From positions 3,472,001-3,536,000 of the forward strand of contig OZ234494.1 in NCBI GenBank assembly GCA_965153455.1: DNA of 64,000 nt. Reading direction: 5' to 3'. The first letter of the stretch is position 1. The number at the start of each line of letters is the position of its first letter. The position numbers were made by a program, and so were the translations under genes. The notes under the pieces were generated by a model. The model did not search any database. It saw nothing but the letters and a program-made list of their open reading frames with translations, and was not told the origin of the DNA. Positions 51,444-63,399 of the stretch are shown here, in pieces. Origin of the DNA: Sphagnum compactum (Eukaryota).

Positions 51444-53428
51444 ATGGAATTCAATAGCAATGCAGAGTATTTAAAAGCCTTCCCTCCAAGTCTCAATAGG
51501 AGGGTAATAGAACAGAACTCAACAACACCACCTGAAATTATCACTCAGGTACCTCATCATCCCAACTGACATAATTTTTCATGAGGCCAATTTCAATACA
51601 ATCAAATTCTCAAATTGTCTGAACGAAATTTCCAATCTTTCTACTCAGCGAGTTTTATTATGTGCAAATGATTAAAAAACAATATTCTATGAGATGCATG
51701 CTCTGAGCATTTGATTATGCTTGAAGATTGAATTTGAAGAGCTGCATTAGAACAGTGTTCTGATTCAGTGCAATGCCCTAATTTACCAATATGACACTGC
51801 ATGTCTCCTTGCACACATGTTTTGAACCACGTGTGGGTTTTGGTGGGGGGGTTGTGATGGAAAGACTACTGTTCAGTCGATTGGTCAGAATTCACAAAAG
51901 TCTGCAGATGATCAAAGTGCTTCACCACATTCTTATGTGACTAGGGTAGAAGAAATACTCCCCAAAGACATGATTGCCGAGGTTGCAGCACCACTGGGAG
52001 ATACCAGTCCTATGCTATGGAGTCAAATCTGTATGGACATTCCTGAAATTGACGAAGCTCCTGTGGCACAGGTTCCATACCAGATTCCTGTTTGAAAAAA
52101 TCAAGAAAGTTTTAACTTTGTGATAGGAGAAGAGGTCTAACCAAACCAAAATGGATTGATCGGATGAGAACATACCTCATACAAATTACTACAAAATCAT
52201 AGCTAATTTGGATAAGAAAACTGCGAGTTTACAGTTTGCTAAGAGTTATGATGAACACATCAGGAGGAGGAAGCCTTCACACTTGTCAACACCCATGAGA
52301 AAGTGCAAATTTCTCATCATCATCATGAGCTTGCAGCTTGCAACCCCAAATTTTTGGTCAACAACATTGAAGAAATGTTGGACATCCAAGAGTCAATCCC
52401 TGAAGTTGTCGTTGTGGGTGATATCATGGAAGAAACATTACCTAGCAGTGATGAAACATCACTGCAATCTAGAACAGCTGAACATATGATGAAGGTTGAG
52501 CTATGGAGCCAAGCATGTATGGAAATTCCTGCAATTCCCAACACTGATCAGGTACTGTGAGACTGACAATGGGGAGATCATCTCAAATATATTTGTCCAT
52601 CATTTTTTAGTTGCAAAATGGTGTCAAGGAATTTCAACCTTTTTAAGCGTTGTTTCGGAGACTTCGGCGAAAAATCCCAGTGTAGTTGAAGGGCAGGTTA
52701 TTTTCAGTAACGAGACTTTTTGGAGTTGGTGTGTGAGAGAACCCTAGGGCAGGGGATGTCTTCCATGGAAGATCCCTGGAAGCAGGGGATTTTGTTTCTG
52801 CAATCTGCACTTTTCAAACATGGTTGTTACACTGGGTAAGGCACCTTCTATCAGGGGATTCTGCTGTGGACCTTAGGCTCCACCCTTGGGTCCCACAGCA
52901 TGATCTCCTGATAGAAGGTGCCTTACCCTATGCGTAAACCATCACCACCTGCATTTGCCGTTGGGATTGACCTCAAGCAAAAGTTGAGCTCCAATATGAT
53001 TAGGCAATTGTAGGCACATACTGCAGTAGTACAATGTGATCCTACTCATGTACTTCATGATTGCAAAATTTCATCAATTATTTTATGCTTCGTGCTGATG
53101 ATCATGACTTGACGAAGTTGTGCAGGTAGCAGCAGTAGAAGGAACAATTGTCAATACACACACAAATGATGTCATTGAAGGTGCTGTTATTGAGCATCAG
53201 GTTACTGACATGGAGGTCACTGAACTTGAGCTCGAAGTCATGTTATTTGAAAATGCAGAGCCTGGCCCAGTTTATGAGCTCACCAAGAACCTTGATGATG
53301 CACCTGCAAACCATAACCTTGAGCCAGAAATTATGTCACAAAGGTCTGAAGAGCCACCACCACCTAGGATGGATCAGGATGGTAGAGTTGAGGCCCTTGG
53401 TGTCCTGCTTGCACATGGAGCTTCATAA
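51444..53428 (+). CDS. Putative orphan acidic protein of about 296 aa (4 phase-0 exons; the 5' end may extend upstream)
   Basis: Predicted exons are 51444-51548, 51877-52071, 52264-52551 and 53126-53428. All junctions are CAG|GT donors and cag| acceptors in phase 0. Internal repeats are LWSQICMDIPEI / LWSQACMEIPAI and TLVNTH / TIVNTH. I recognise no family. Confidence 0.5.
52820..52942. other. Fold-back hairpin of about 120 nt (MITE-like or pre-miRNA-like)
   Basis: Perfect 22-bp inverted repeat gggtaaggcaccttctatcagg (52834) / cctgatagaaggtgccttaccc (ends 52928). Inner arms (tgctgtgg / ccacagca) and outer arms (atggtt / aaccat) also pair. Confidence 0.85.
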
Positions 53429-54134
53429 AAGAAGCTGGATTTGCAGCTCAAACTTACGATCATCCTTGAATTTCTCTGCATGAGAAAAAATGAAGTTTCC
53501 ACTGTTGTATGCGACATAAATTTTCTGAAGACTCTCTCGTGATTATCATTGTGGTTGTGACATTAGGCCCAATGTCTTGTACTTAGGTACCAATTACAGC
53601 ACATCCAGCATAGGACTCAAAAGCCTTCAACCCATGTTCAGATCTTGTGCATCATTTGTCAAATTGATATGGTTGCAGCACATTTAGCTATCTTGGAAGC
53701 AACCCATCAACTCTCCACACAAATTTGCATGATAAATCCTTAGAAAGTTAAATGGGTGCTGAAGATTGAAGCTCAGTGTTTCAGCTTTTGATGTCTACAC
53801 TGGAGTGATTTGTGGAGCACTAAACCCGATATTACATGAATTGCATGATATTTGACAAGCTGCATAAATTTTTAATTTTTAATTGTTGTGGGAACGTTAC
53901 ATGACATTACAATTTTTAATTTTGCATCTATGAATTTTAAAGATTTGGTGCAATTCTATTGCTACTTAGCTTACGATGAACCTAACATTTACTTAACACC
54001 ATGCGCCTGCATGTGAGCAGCTAAATCTTTTTTTTTTTTTTTTTTTTTTGGGGTGTTACATAACATTTTCGATCTGAATTGGTGAAGAATCCTCTTTTCC
54101 TTAATATGGAATTATCATTGAGATTAGAACATAA

Positions 54135-54194
54135 GAGCACCTCCAAGTTGCATTGATAAAGATGTTCTTGACTGCTCTGGGGATGTAGATGCTC
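54135..54194. mobile_element. Minimal 60-bp Tourist-like element abutting the next MITE
   Basis: taa|gagcacctccaa...tgtagatgctc|taa. Confidence 0.6.
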
Positions 54195-54197
54195 TAA

Positions 54198-54568
54198 GAG
54201 CATCTCCATGGGTGGTCAGTATGTCACTGTGCATAATAAAATTAAATGTCTAAGTTAAGCTGTTTTTTTCGGCAACCCCACCAATAAAACTGTAATAATT
54301 GGAACTGCATAGATGTGGGGACTACTAATAGCAAACCTCCTGGACCAATCATTATGATCGACCAATCAGAAATACTCAGCTGCAGTTAGGTCTAATTACA
54401 CTCTTTTTTGAAGGTGCACAACTGTGGTTGCGCCTTTTACCAGCCATGGCAAGCTGCACGAATTTGGTGCAGATAAACCAATTTCCTGAGCTAAACCGGC
54501 ACATTTTGAGTTTTTCGCAATAAACTTTACTGTCTGAAGTCAGATACTGAGCACCGTTGGAGATGCTC
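54198..54568. mobile_element. PIF/Harbinger (Tourist-like) MITE, 371 bp
   Basis: Perfect 11-bp TIR gagcatctcca / tggagatgctc with TAA TSD on both sides. Confidence 0.9.
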
Positions 54569-55141
54569 TAAGGGCAGTTGAGGGGGCACTTTAGAACGTG
54601 TAAAGAAATGTGCCATGATGTAAAAGCTAATTGGCATCATCCATCTATTACTAACTGACAATGGCTCGTACGTGGATGAAAGCTTCAAAAGGGAAATGCG
54701 TTTGCCTGATCATTGCTCTTCTTCTTCTTGTGGCAGACGAGCCGATAGCTTAGCACCACGGATTTGATTTCCTCCGCTCTCGACGCATCTTATGAGCAAG
54801 CAATTTATTCATTACAATAATACTAGTTCTCAAGCTCTTGAGGCGGCTTCTATTGAGCATTCTTTGGAGCATTTCGGTGCAGGATATGTGGAGTTCTGTG
54901 GGATTCTTCCCTGGTTTTTGCTTTTAGGGTTGCGTAGGGTTTGCTCGGTCGCGTCTTCTCTCACTCTCGTCGGTGGTACGAGGGTCTCACTTTCGATCTC
55001 AGAGATTTGATTTTTCTGCGCGGGTGGGTGTTTTGGTCGTGGAAGGTTTTTTTTCGAATCTGGTGGTGACACAGGAAGATCATAGGAGGAGATTATTTTC
55101 ATGCTGTAGGGTTTTGCAGCATTTGACTTTGCCTTGAAAAG

Positions 55142-55759
55142 ATGAAGATGGAAACGGTGTTGAGCCAGCCTTCGGGGTTGCCGGTATCGCAAGGGACGGG
55201 GATGGCATCTACTCCGGCGGCTCGCGTGTTAGTGTCACGCGGACAAGAAGCCATTCGAGGTGCACTAGCACAGAAACGGCCGTGGGGCGAAATGGTAGAT
55301 CGGTCTTCATTCGCGAAACCTGAGTCCCTGGGCGAGGCGACGACGCGGATTCGGAAAAACCTCAGCCATTTCCGTATAAACTACGGCATTGTTATAGTGG
55401 CCGTTGTTGCATTGAGCTTGGTGTTGCATCCACTGTCTCTTGTCGTGTTAGGGTTTGTGCTGGCCGGATGGACTTATCTCTACCTCGTTCGCACGGAGCC
55501 CTTGGTGGCGTTCGGGAGGACTTTTAGTGAGCGGGAGGTTTTCGTCATCATGGGTGTGTTCTCCATCGTGGTAGTGCTGATGACCAATGTGGTATCAATT
55601 GTCATGTCTGCCTTACTCATAGGAATGGCAATCACCGCCACGCATGGCGCCTTGCGTGTGCCTGATGATCTCTTCCTTGATGAGCAAGAGGCGTCTGGGG
55701 GTTTCTTGTCATTCCTAGGAGCTGGAGCCACTGGTGTGCCAGTGGTATCTCATGTGTAG
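55142..55759 (+). CDS. PRA1: PRA1 family (prenylated Rab acceptor, PRA1.B-like) protein, intronless CDS
   Basis: 205-aa ORF with RPWGEMVDRSSFAKPESLGEATTRIRKNLSHFRINY, HPLSL, two long hydrophobic segments, GRTFSEREV and HGALRVPDDLFLDEQE. Confidence 0.96.
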   Translation: MKMETVLSQPSGLPVSQGTGMASTPAARVLVSRGQEAIRGALAQKRPWGEMVDRSSFAKPESLGEATTRIRKNLSHFRINYGIVIVAVVALSLVLHPLSLVVLGFVLAGWTYLYLVRTEPLVAFGRTFSEREVFVIMGVFSIVVVLMTNVVSIVMSALLIGMAITATHGALRVPDDLFLDEQEASGGFLSFLGAGATGVPVVSHV

Positions 55760-56454
55760 GTAGGCCTTGCAAGATTCTCTTGTCTGCTAGATCCAGACTC
55801 TTTCGAGCTGTGCAGGCACACTTTCCTTGATGTGCCACACATACAAATGAACAGATTGTTCCTCTCCTCAAGCCTATCCATGTTGACTCCATCTTACAAA
55901 CCACACGTGCAATACATAAGCTTGTCTCCTTGTTGCAGATAGGATAGTCAGAAGAGAGGAAAAGACACTAGTTAGGTGCAGAATCCAATCAAGGTCAATG
56001 CATGGCACTCATCTGCACAGGTGTTGGGAACCCCTTAGAAATAGGATCATCAATTCTATATATGCATTTGTCCAACCCACATTGAGAGATGGATGGAGTG
56101 GAGCACAAAGATTTGGAGGCATTGTCGACAATCGCTGTTTGACATTCTTTTGATCTGGCGGCATGGTCAATAATTCCTGTTAGACATTCTTTCTTTTTTT
56201 TTTTTTCCAATTTGAAAGCCATGGTGGTGTAGCCATTGAGTGAAGATGTCCTTGCTCACTTATTATCCAATGTTGCAATGTATTGCCTTTTCCACTTTGT
56301 TGCTACCCTCCATTGTAAGCTTTCTCCAAAGCTCTTGTTTCTCATATTATGTGCAATTGTTTTCAGAGGAGTGCTGCTGCAGACCATGTGTTATTGACCC
56401 TGCAGATTGGTTCAGTTGTACAAACAGTTCACCTCTATGATGCCCGTGACCTTC

Positions 56455-56602
56455 TAGTTTCAGACTACCCCGAACATGTCACCTAGTAGTAATGATAATC
56501 TGTTAGCTATTGGAAAGCTTCAGAATGTAGTTTCAGACTACCCTGAACATGTCACCTAGTAGTAATGATAATCTGTTAGCTATTGGAAAGCTTCAGAATG
56601 TG
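56455..56602. repeat. Near-perfect tandem duplication of about 73 bp
   Basis: tagtttcagactaccc(c/t)gaacatgtcacctagtagtaatgataatctgttagctattggaaagcttcagaatg x2. Confidence 0.92.
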
Positions 56603-58681
56603 GGTCCGTGAGGCATGAAGCATTTCAGATCTGGGAGGTGGGGTGTACTTATGGTTTGATGGTTGTGAGTAATGTTGCATGTTCCTGCAGGTTGGTGATG
56701 TCAGAATTTCTTTGTTTTATGCTTGGTAACACATTGGTACTGTGTAGCAATTCTAATTTAGTGCCTTGGAATAATCCTTGGCGGTTTTGCTTTGTACTTT
56801 TGCCACATGATTTGATGCAAGAAAAGAATGCCTGACTCTTACCACCAGAGGCGTGCAGTTTTCTGGATTGTTCCTGGCCACCGGGAACTTCAGCTGGTTA
56901 GTTGCTAGCCAGTATAATGGCTGAGTCTTTCCCGTTGCTTCCAGACTTGCAACGGAAACTTTGTATGCAGGTTTATGCTTTTCTTTTCTTGTTATGTGTT
57001 GTTCTTTCTTCCTGGTTCTGTAAGTTGTTCTTCTATGAAGTGATGTTTGGCACTGTGATGCTGAAATATTTGGAGCATTTTTCTTAGCAAGTCTTCACTG
57101 GCAATTTATCCAAGTAAAAACTGTGCAACAACCAATGCTTCTTGACTTCAGAGATGGGATCCCTTTTGTCCTTCTGCTTATATATGTTGCTGAAGCCAGA
57201 TTTGCCAGCCAAGTGCATGCTTTGCTTACAGGCTGGAGGTTTCCCCACATTCAGAAAATTGAGACTCTTTGACAAATTGTATGTGTATCATCTCACACTC
57301 TCATACATGCTTCATGGCTTTTTGGATTCCTTTCTATGTTCTAAGCATGAAGAAATTAACAAATTAAATGCAAGAAAGCTCCCATTCATGCAAGCTCCTT
57401 GTCAAATGCTGTTCATGGATGTTGGAGGTTGTTGATTGTAGTTATGACTTTGCACATGTTCTAGCTACACATGGAGGAAATTAACTGCATTACTGGTACC
57501 AAGAATCGATGGGGAGATGAAATGGCTGAACTCTCTATTGTGTTTGCAGTAGAATTCTTTCAATCAATATTTCCAGGCTTATTTCTTATTCCTTTCTTGT
57601 TGGTCTATGTTCAGAAAGCAAGTCATTGTGTCTTACCAGATTGGCAGCCATGATTCAATAGGATGTAGCTGTCAGTAATGTATATGCATATAAATTTGCT
57701 GACGTACACATAATTGATTTCTGTTTTATTTATGTTTGCTCCTTAAAACTCTGGAAATAAGCAGACCGTGTCACACTTGAGTTCTGGCAAGTTTGTGCAA
57801 ATCTTCTCCCCATTGTCATTTCTGATCTCACAAAGAGTTGCATTCAGGCCCATGATGTTCAGAACTCAGAAGAAATGTTTTTCAATAGATTCTGAATTCC
57901 ATTTACTCAAAATCCACTTTTTACTGTTGACTCTGTCCTTGATTTGCAGGAATTAACTGGTGCTGCACTAGAGAAGGTGGAAGCACATACATGCAGATAG
58001 ATGAAGTCTTCATAGATCTGATTTGATCTTCAATGCGATGATCAAGCTCCCTGTGATACTGAGCACACAATTTGTGGGAAGAGGGAACCCAGGGATGTGA
58101 GCAAACTGCAATCTGAGAAAACGAAGATAGAATGCAGAATTTAACAGCTTTACTTCAAACAAAGGCAAGGATTACAGCAGCAGGAAAAAAGGCACCTGCC
58201 ATTTGGATGTCTGAAGCTCTTCCTACTCCAGGGAAGGTACTGTAAGCAAAGCATCCCTGGAAAAACAGTGACATCCTAGGCAGGAAGAGAACAAGCCCTT
58301 CAAGCTGACAAGTACTCAAGGTCAGTCATGACCTGCAAGTCACAAGTGTGCACACCTGAGCAAAAACAGTCTCATGAGCTGACAGTAAGTAAAATGTTAT
58401 AGTCTAAATTGGATTCAATCTGAGCTTGTTAGACTCTGCTAGATGCATACTTGCAGTGGCTACAAATGTCATTGAGGAAGAAGGCGTGAGAAGGCAGATC
58501 AGTTTGGCATTGTCTAGGGTTTAGGGTTTCAAGTGTGAGACATCCTCTTTAAGATTTACAGAACAGATCCAGCTTCAATTCCGTTCGAGAAAACACAACC
58601 TCGTCACATTGTCTTGCTTGTTCCAAATTTACCCATTTCGTCATTAGTGTGCAGGAACAAAATGGCGGCGATCATGGGTTG

Positions 58682-60023
58682 TTACGATAGCCACCATCTT
58701 GCTACTCGCAATCCAGTGATGCAGGAAGATAAGGCAAGGAAAAAGAAAGCTCCAAAGCCCAGTGAGATTGCCACTTTCGCTTGATTACAGAAGGCTTTTG
58801 CATCCGAACAATCGTAAGAGCTAAGGATTGAAACGGTGCCTGTTTGTAGAAGCTGGGCCATTGCAACGCCTACAGAGCTCGCTGAGAAGAGAAGGTAGGC
58901 AAAGCCCTGTGTATCAATCAGCCAATCAGAGCACTTGTCAGGTGATCAGCTTGCATATTTATCTAGAGAAAAGAAGTTTAGGGTTGTAAGACGAAGTTTG
59001 AGCACTCAGCTAGATCATCATCGGGGAAGAAAATTCAAAACTTCAGAATCTTTTTCTTTCTTGGAAAACTTTGCTCCATATTGAATCCGTTTCAAGTACA
59101 AACTTCGTGCATTACCTGATCGTGTCCGAAATCGAACCACACTTGGAAAGTTTCAGGAAGAACCAAACTGCCTCGAACAAAAGTCCATACAGCAAGCCAA
59201 GATTCCAGAAAAGAATACACGCAGATTATTCCGTTCACTGCCACAACATACCTGCAACGTAGATGGATTCAATGGAGCTCAGTAATCAGACATGCAGTGC
59301 AGCAAGAAATAGATCTAGATTTTGCTCAGAACCCCCGGAGATTAACACGAAGATCTGTGGACGACGAGGTGGAGATACAAACTGATCTATCCGATGCATG
59401 CATGCACGAGGTATCTCATTGCAGCCATCCTGAGTTGCTGCGATATTGCCAGACTCAGTGCTAGACGTTCCTGCACCAGTTCTGAAGAATCGTCTGATAT
59501 GCAGTGTTTGTTGTGGAGCTTGAAGAGAGAAGAACTTCGACAAATCTACAGTGTTTGTTGTGGATCTTGAAGAGAGAAGAACTTGGACAAATCTGCAGTG
59601 TTTGATGTAGAGAGAAGAATTTCGGCAAACCTGCAGTGCTTGTTGTGGATCTTGAAGAGAGAAAAACTTCGACAAATCTGCGCAGTGTTTTTTGTGTCTG
59701 GAAGAAGAAGAGAGAACCTCAACTGCACTGCATTGATCAAGCTCATATTGTGCGGGAAGTTGTTACACTCACCTATATGGATCATAGTCGTACCAAGCGA
59801 CTTTTGAGAGCGTCCCTCGCACGTCATGTTTGTTGGTCCCCATAACGACAACGGCTGCCAGTGAAAAGCAAAACGAGAGAGCTCGGAACAGGAGAAGGAG
59901 AAAGTTGCTGCGCCGTTGTCCGCTTACGTTTCTATTGCCGAATACATGCACATCCACCGCGGCGTGATGTGCAGTCAGTGCACTAGCCTCAGTTCCATAT
60001 TTCGGAGGCGTACCAAGCTCCAT
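58682..60023 (-). CDS. CASPL4C1: CASP-like (DUF588/MARVEL-like) 4-TM protein, CASPL4C type
   Basis: Exons are 60023-59773 (...RRSNFLLLLFRALSFCFSLAAVVVM...WYDYDPYR), 59251-59116 (YVVAVNGIICVYSFLE...PETFQVWFDFGHDQ) and 58906-58682 (GFAYLLFSA...KAFCNQAKVAISLGFGAFFFLALSSCITGLRVARWWLS*). QVWFDFGHDQ is characteristic of CASPL4C. Confidence 0.9.
59500..59720. repeat. Tandem repeat of about 47 bp, 4-5 copies, in CASPL intron 1
   Basis: gcagtgtttgttgtggatcttgaagagagaagaacttcgacaaatct repeated. Confidence 0.88.
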
Positions 60024-63000
60024 CGCCGCACGTTGTCACCTCTCTATATGTCCAGATCTCTCTCTCTAATCGCCACGGGCGCCCTCGATGGTTCACAAAA
60101 GCTGCACAGGAGTACCACAGATAACCACCGCGATGTCCAACAGTCTCTGCACTGAACAAAATTTCCTGCACGTCCTGATCACGTTGCAAAGTCACCACCA
60201 GTAAACAACCAAATGCGAACTATCAAAGGCGACACAAGTCGGGAGGAAGATCATACTACCTTCTAAGCACGGGAACAAGATCCTCGAAAAGATAATATAA
60301 TAAAAGAATAACGGAACCAGGAATTGAGAAGTACAGTACCTACAAAAAGCTCACGAGTTCACGACGACACCCGAGTTCATTTCTTTTGACAAAAAGCTAG
60401 TGCACGCAGAGGAAAGCTGCAATTACAGTTTCCAGAACCTCATGTATACGGATCAACGTATAGGCCCAGCCGTGTCCGTTGCACATAGAAAAAGCTCGAG
60501 GTCACTAGTATGCGCTGATGATGTACATGAAGCTCTGCAGCGAATCCAGCACCCGAAAATGCACCAGTTTAGTTTGAATGCGAAGCTGGAAACAATTACA
60601 GACCGACCTACAGCAGCATCGATCCCGCACGACAAGAAGAATAGTTAATACTGACGAGAGCGTCCTCGCGACGCTTCTTGGTCGCGGCGGTCGAGGAGTG
60701 GTGCGTGCGCGGATGCAGCAAATCCTTACGCGAACGAACGAGCCAGCGCGCGCGCGCGGGAGGATCGTCGTGGGCCGCGCGGGATGTTGATTAGGGGACA
60801 AGACGTGGCGGAGCTAGCGATGACGGTGGCGGCAGACACCATTCACACAGCGTTTTTTGGGGCGTCTTTTTGGGGGATCCACTTGCTAACCGTCGGTTAT
60901 CAACCTATTAAAAATAACCTTTATTATCAATCTATTGAATGCAAAGGCCATTATTATGTTTGGTGGGAATATTTCTCACAAGCAATAAAATACTTTCAAT
61001 TCAAAACCCCATTCCATTTGAATGGATCAGATGCATTTTAAAATTAAAAATAAATAAATAAATAAATTTCCAAACTCAATTTAAGGTTTAAACATGCTCA
61101 ATGCTCATTGCTTCATCTTGCTTCAAGTGATACACAAGTGCATTGAGGAGAGGGCCAAGGGGGGGGGAGAGGTTGGAGCAAGCTATATATCCAAATTGTA
61201 ATACATCGCTTGGCCGTTGGTGTTCAACTTTCAAGAATAACAAGTGAGTTTCAACTTTCAAACAACAAGTGCATTGGTGTTTGACATTTATAGTTGAGTT
61301 ACACAATGCAATGTGCACATTGCAACATCCTTATGAATAGTAAGTTGGTCCTTACAACTTCGGTGATGTCCATCTCCAAATCTTGGTCTTAGATTTACCA
61401 ATGAGTACATTGTGCTCAACTCTGAAGTTTGCAATGTTTCTCCAATCTCAACTCTTCAATCTTGTTAGATCTCTTCCATTCACTATCCATTGTTCAATTG
61501 TTAATGATTAGTTTTGTGATGTTTTTCAATTTTAGGAGTTGGATCATAGGTGTGTGAATTTGCATAAAATACATGCATGACTTCGCATTTGGTAAACACT
61601 TCAGACCTACTGCCCTTTTGTTTGTTGAGTGTTGTGAATTGTTGTTGTTTTTCTTGCCTAGTTGATTTATTGTGAGCTTTGAGATTTTGGGATTTTGTTC
61701 ATCATGGTTTTACTCATTCTTTCGAAAAACTTTAGGCACAAGTTTAAAAAATAATCATGTCCATCTTGTTTTTGCATTTGATGTTAGTTACAGCCAAAAA
61801 CCCTATGAGCAATGATGATTGTGTGCTTCTTGATCTAATTCAAATTGTAGCAGACTTAAAGAAGTTAGTAGGACGATGGCTTGTGCATGAGTGTAAAGCC
61901 TAAGCTTGGAACTTAAAGCTTAATGTGATTTTAATCCACCTACATGGATGAATGTGTTCATAGATAAATGATTTCATATGGATGAATTTCATTAATGAGT
62001 TGGATTAAATAAATAAATCATTGAATGAAATTCATCAATGATTGGAAGATAAATAAATTAAAATTTATTTATATCCATTTTCATTTGTTGTCCAAATATT
62101 AATATTTCAAACTTGAATGTCATTTAATAATGATGGATAATGTGACTATAGGGGAAAATATGATGATGGGACCAAAATAATTCTAAAATTTTTGTTTAAA
62201 AAATCATTTTCATCAACAATGTTAAGAAATAAAACAATTATTGTCATGGGATGAGCGTTAAACCCCCCTTCATTGTCAGCAACATCAAATCCCGAGGGGG
62301 ACACTTAGTGTAAAGTTTGAGATATACATGCATGAAATGACCATTTTTAAGGGGGGGGGGAGGTAATTGTCCAACCCTTTTTTTATCACCCTATTATTAT
62401 CTAATTTTTAAATATATACATATTAAAGCCACCCTATATTAATTATAATCTATTATTTCAGATTATTGCATATCCTATATTATAATTAAATTGATTATTT
62501 GCATAAAATTTACCCTATTTTTAAATTAATTACCGTATAATTTTTACCCAACAACTAATATATTGCACCGTATAATTTTTACTCACATGTTTTCTATTTG
62601 TTTTTACTAGTGTCCCCCCCAGGCATCATGTGTGTATTTTGTGAAAAATTAGGGTGCTTTAAAAGTAAATAATTATTAACAAAACCCCATTGTCATCTAT
62701 GATAATAGGTTGGTTGAAGAAAGTTAATTAAAGTGTTTGCAACTAAATTTTAGTTTATGTCAAAAACCCATTGTCATCAATGACATTAGTTGATGACAAT
62801 AGGCAGTTTAAAGATATTTAAAGCATTCAAAACCCATTGTTGTCAACAACATTAGTTAGATTTGATGAAATTTGTAACACCCTTGAAAAATAACGAAAAC
62901 AAATTACCATATTATCGTCCACAACGCTTATAAATAGGTTGGAAAGAAGTTGTGGCACCTTTGGAAAGGAAAAAAAACCCCATTGTTGTCAACAACACTG

Positions 63001-63399
63001 GGTCAATTTGTTCGATATATATATATATTTGGGAAAAAAAAAAAACAACGACCATGGGATGGATGTTAGCATGATAATAGTAATATAGTTAAAATATATT
63101 GAAAATAATCACATTTTAAACCATAGCCATCAAATACATTTATAATGAAATTTATATTATATTATTCAACAAATGTTATATCATATAGAATTAAATTGTG
63201 TTTCATAAAGCTTTAGTTAATTAAAACTAGAAAAAAAAAAAAATTCGTTGATAAAAATTTAATGATAAAATAAAACATTTATCCATAACTTTGATGGAAG
63301 TTCCTTATATTAAAAACATGTAAGTTCAATTCTTTTTCATCCATACATTAGATGATGAAACAAATCATTCATCCAAAATGAGGATGAATGCTTATGAAA

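Noticed and set aside
4542..60023. O-FucT, ABCB, PRA1 and CASPL as a cell-wall or secretion gene cluster
   Set aside because: The genes are separated by large TE-rich spacers and unrelated genes, and the sequence gives no evidence of co-regulation.
42280..62612. CACTAGTAGAAAA (42280) and TTTTTACTAGTG (62601-62612) as the ends of one 20-kb CACTA element capturing NAA40, PRA1 and CASPL
   Set aside because: The 3-bp flanks do not match (taa versus tcc), the TIR match is short, and the enclosed genes are intact ordinary host genes. Two independent ends are more likely.
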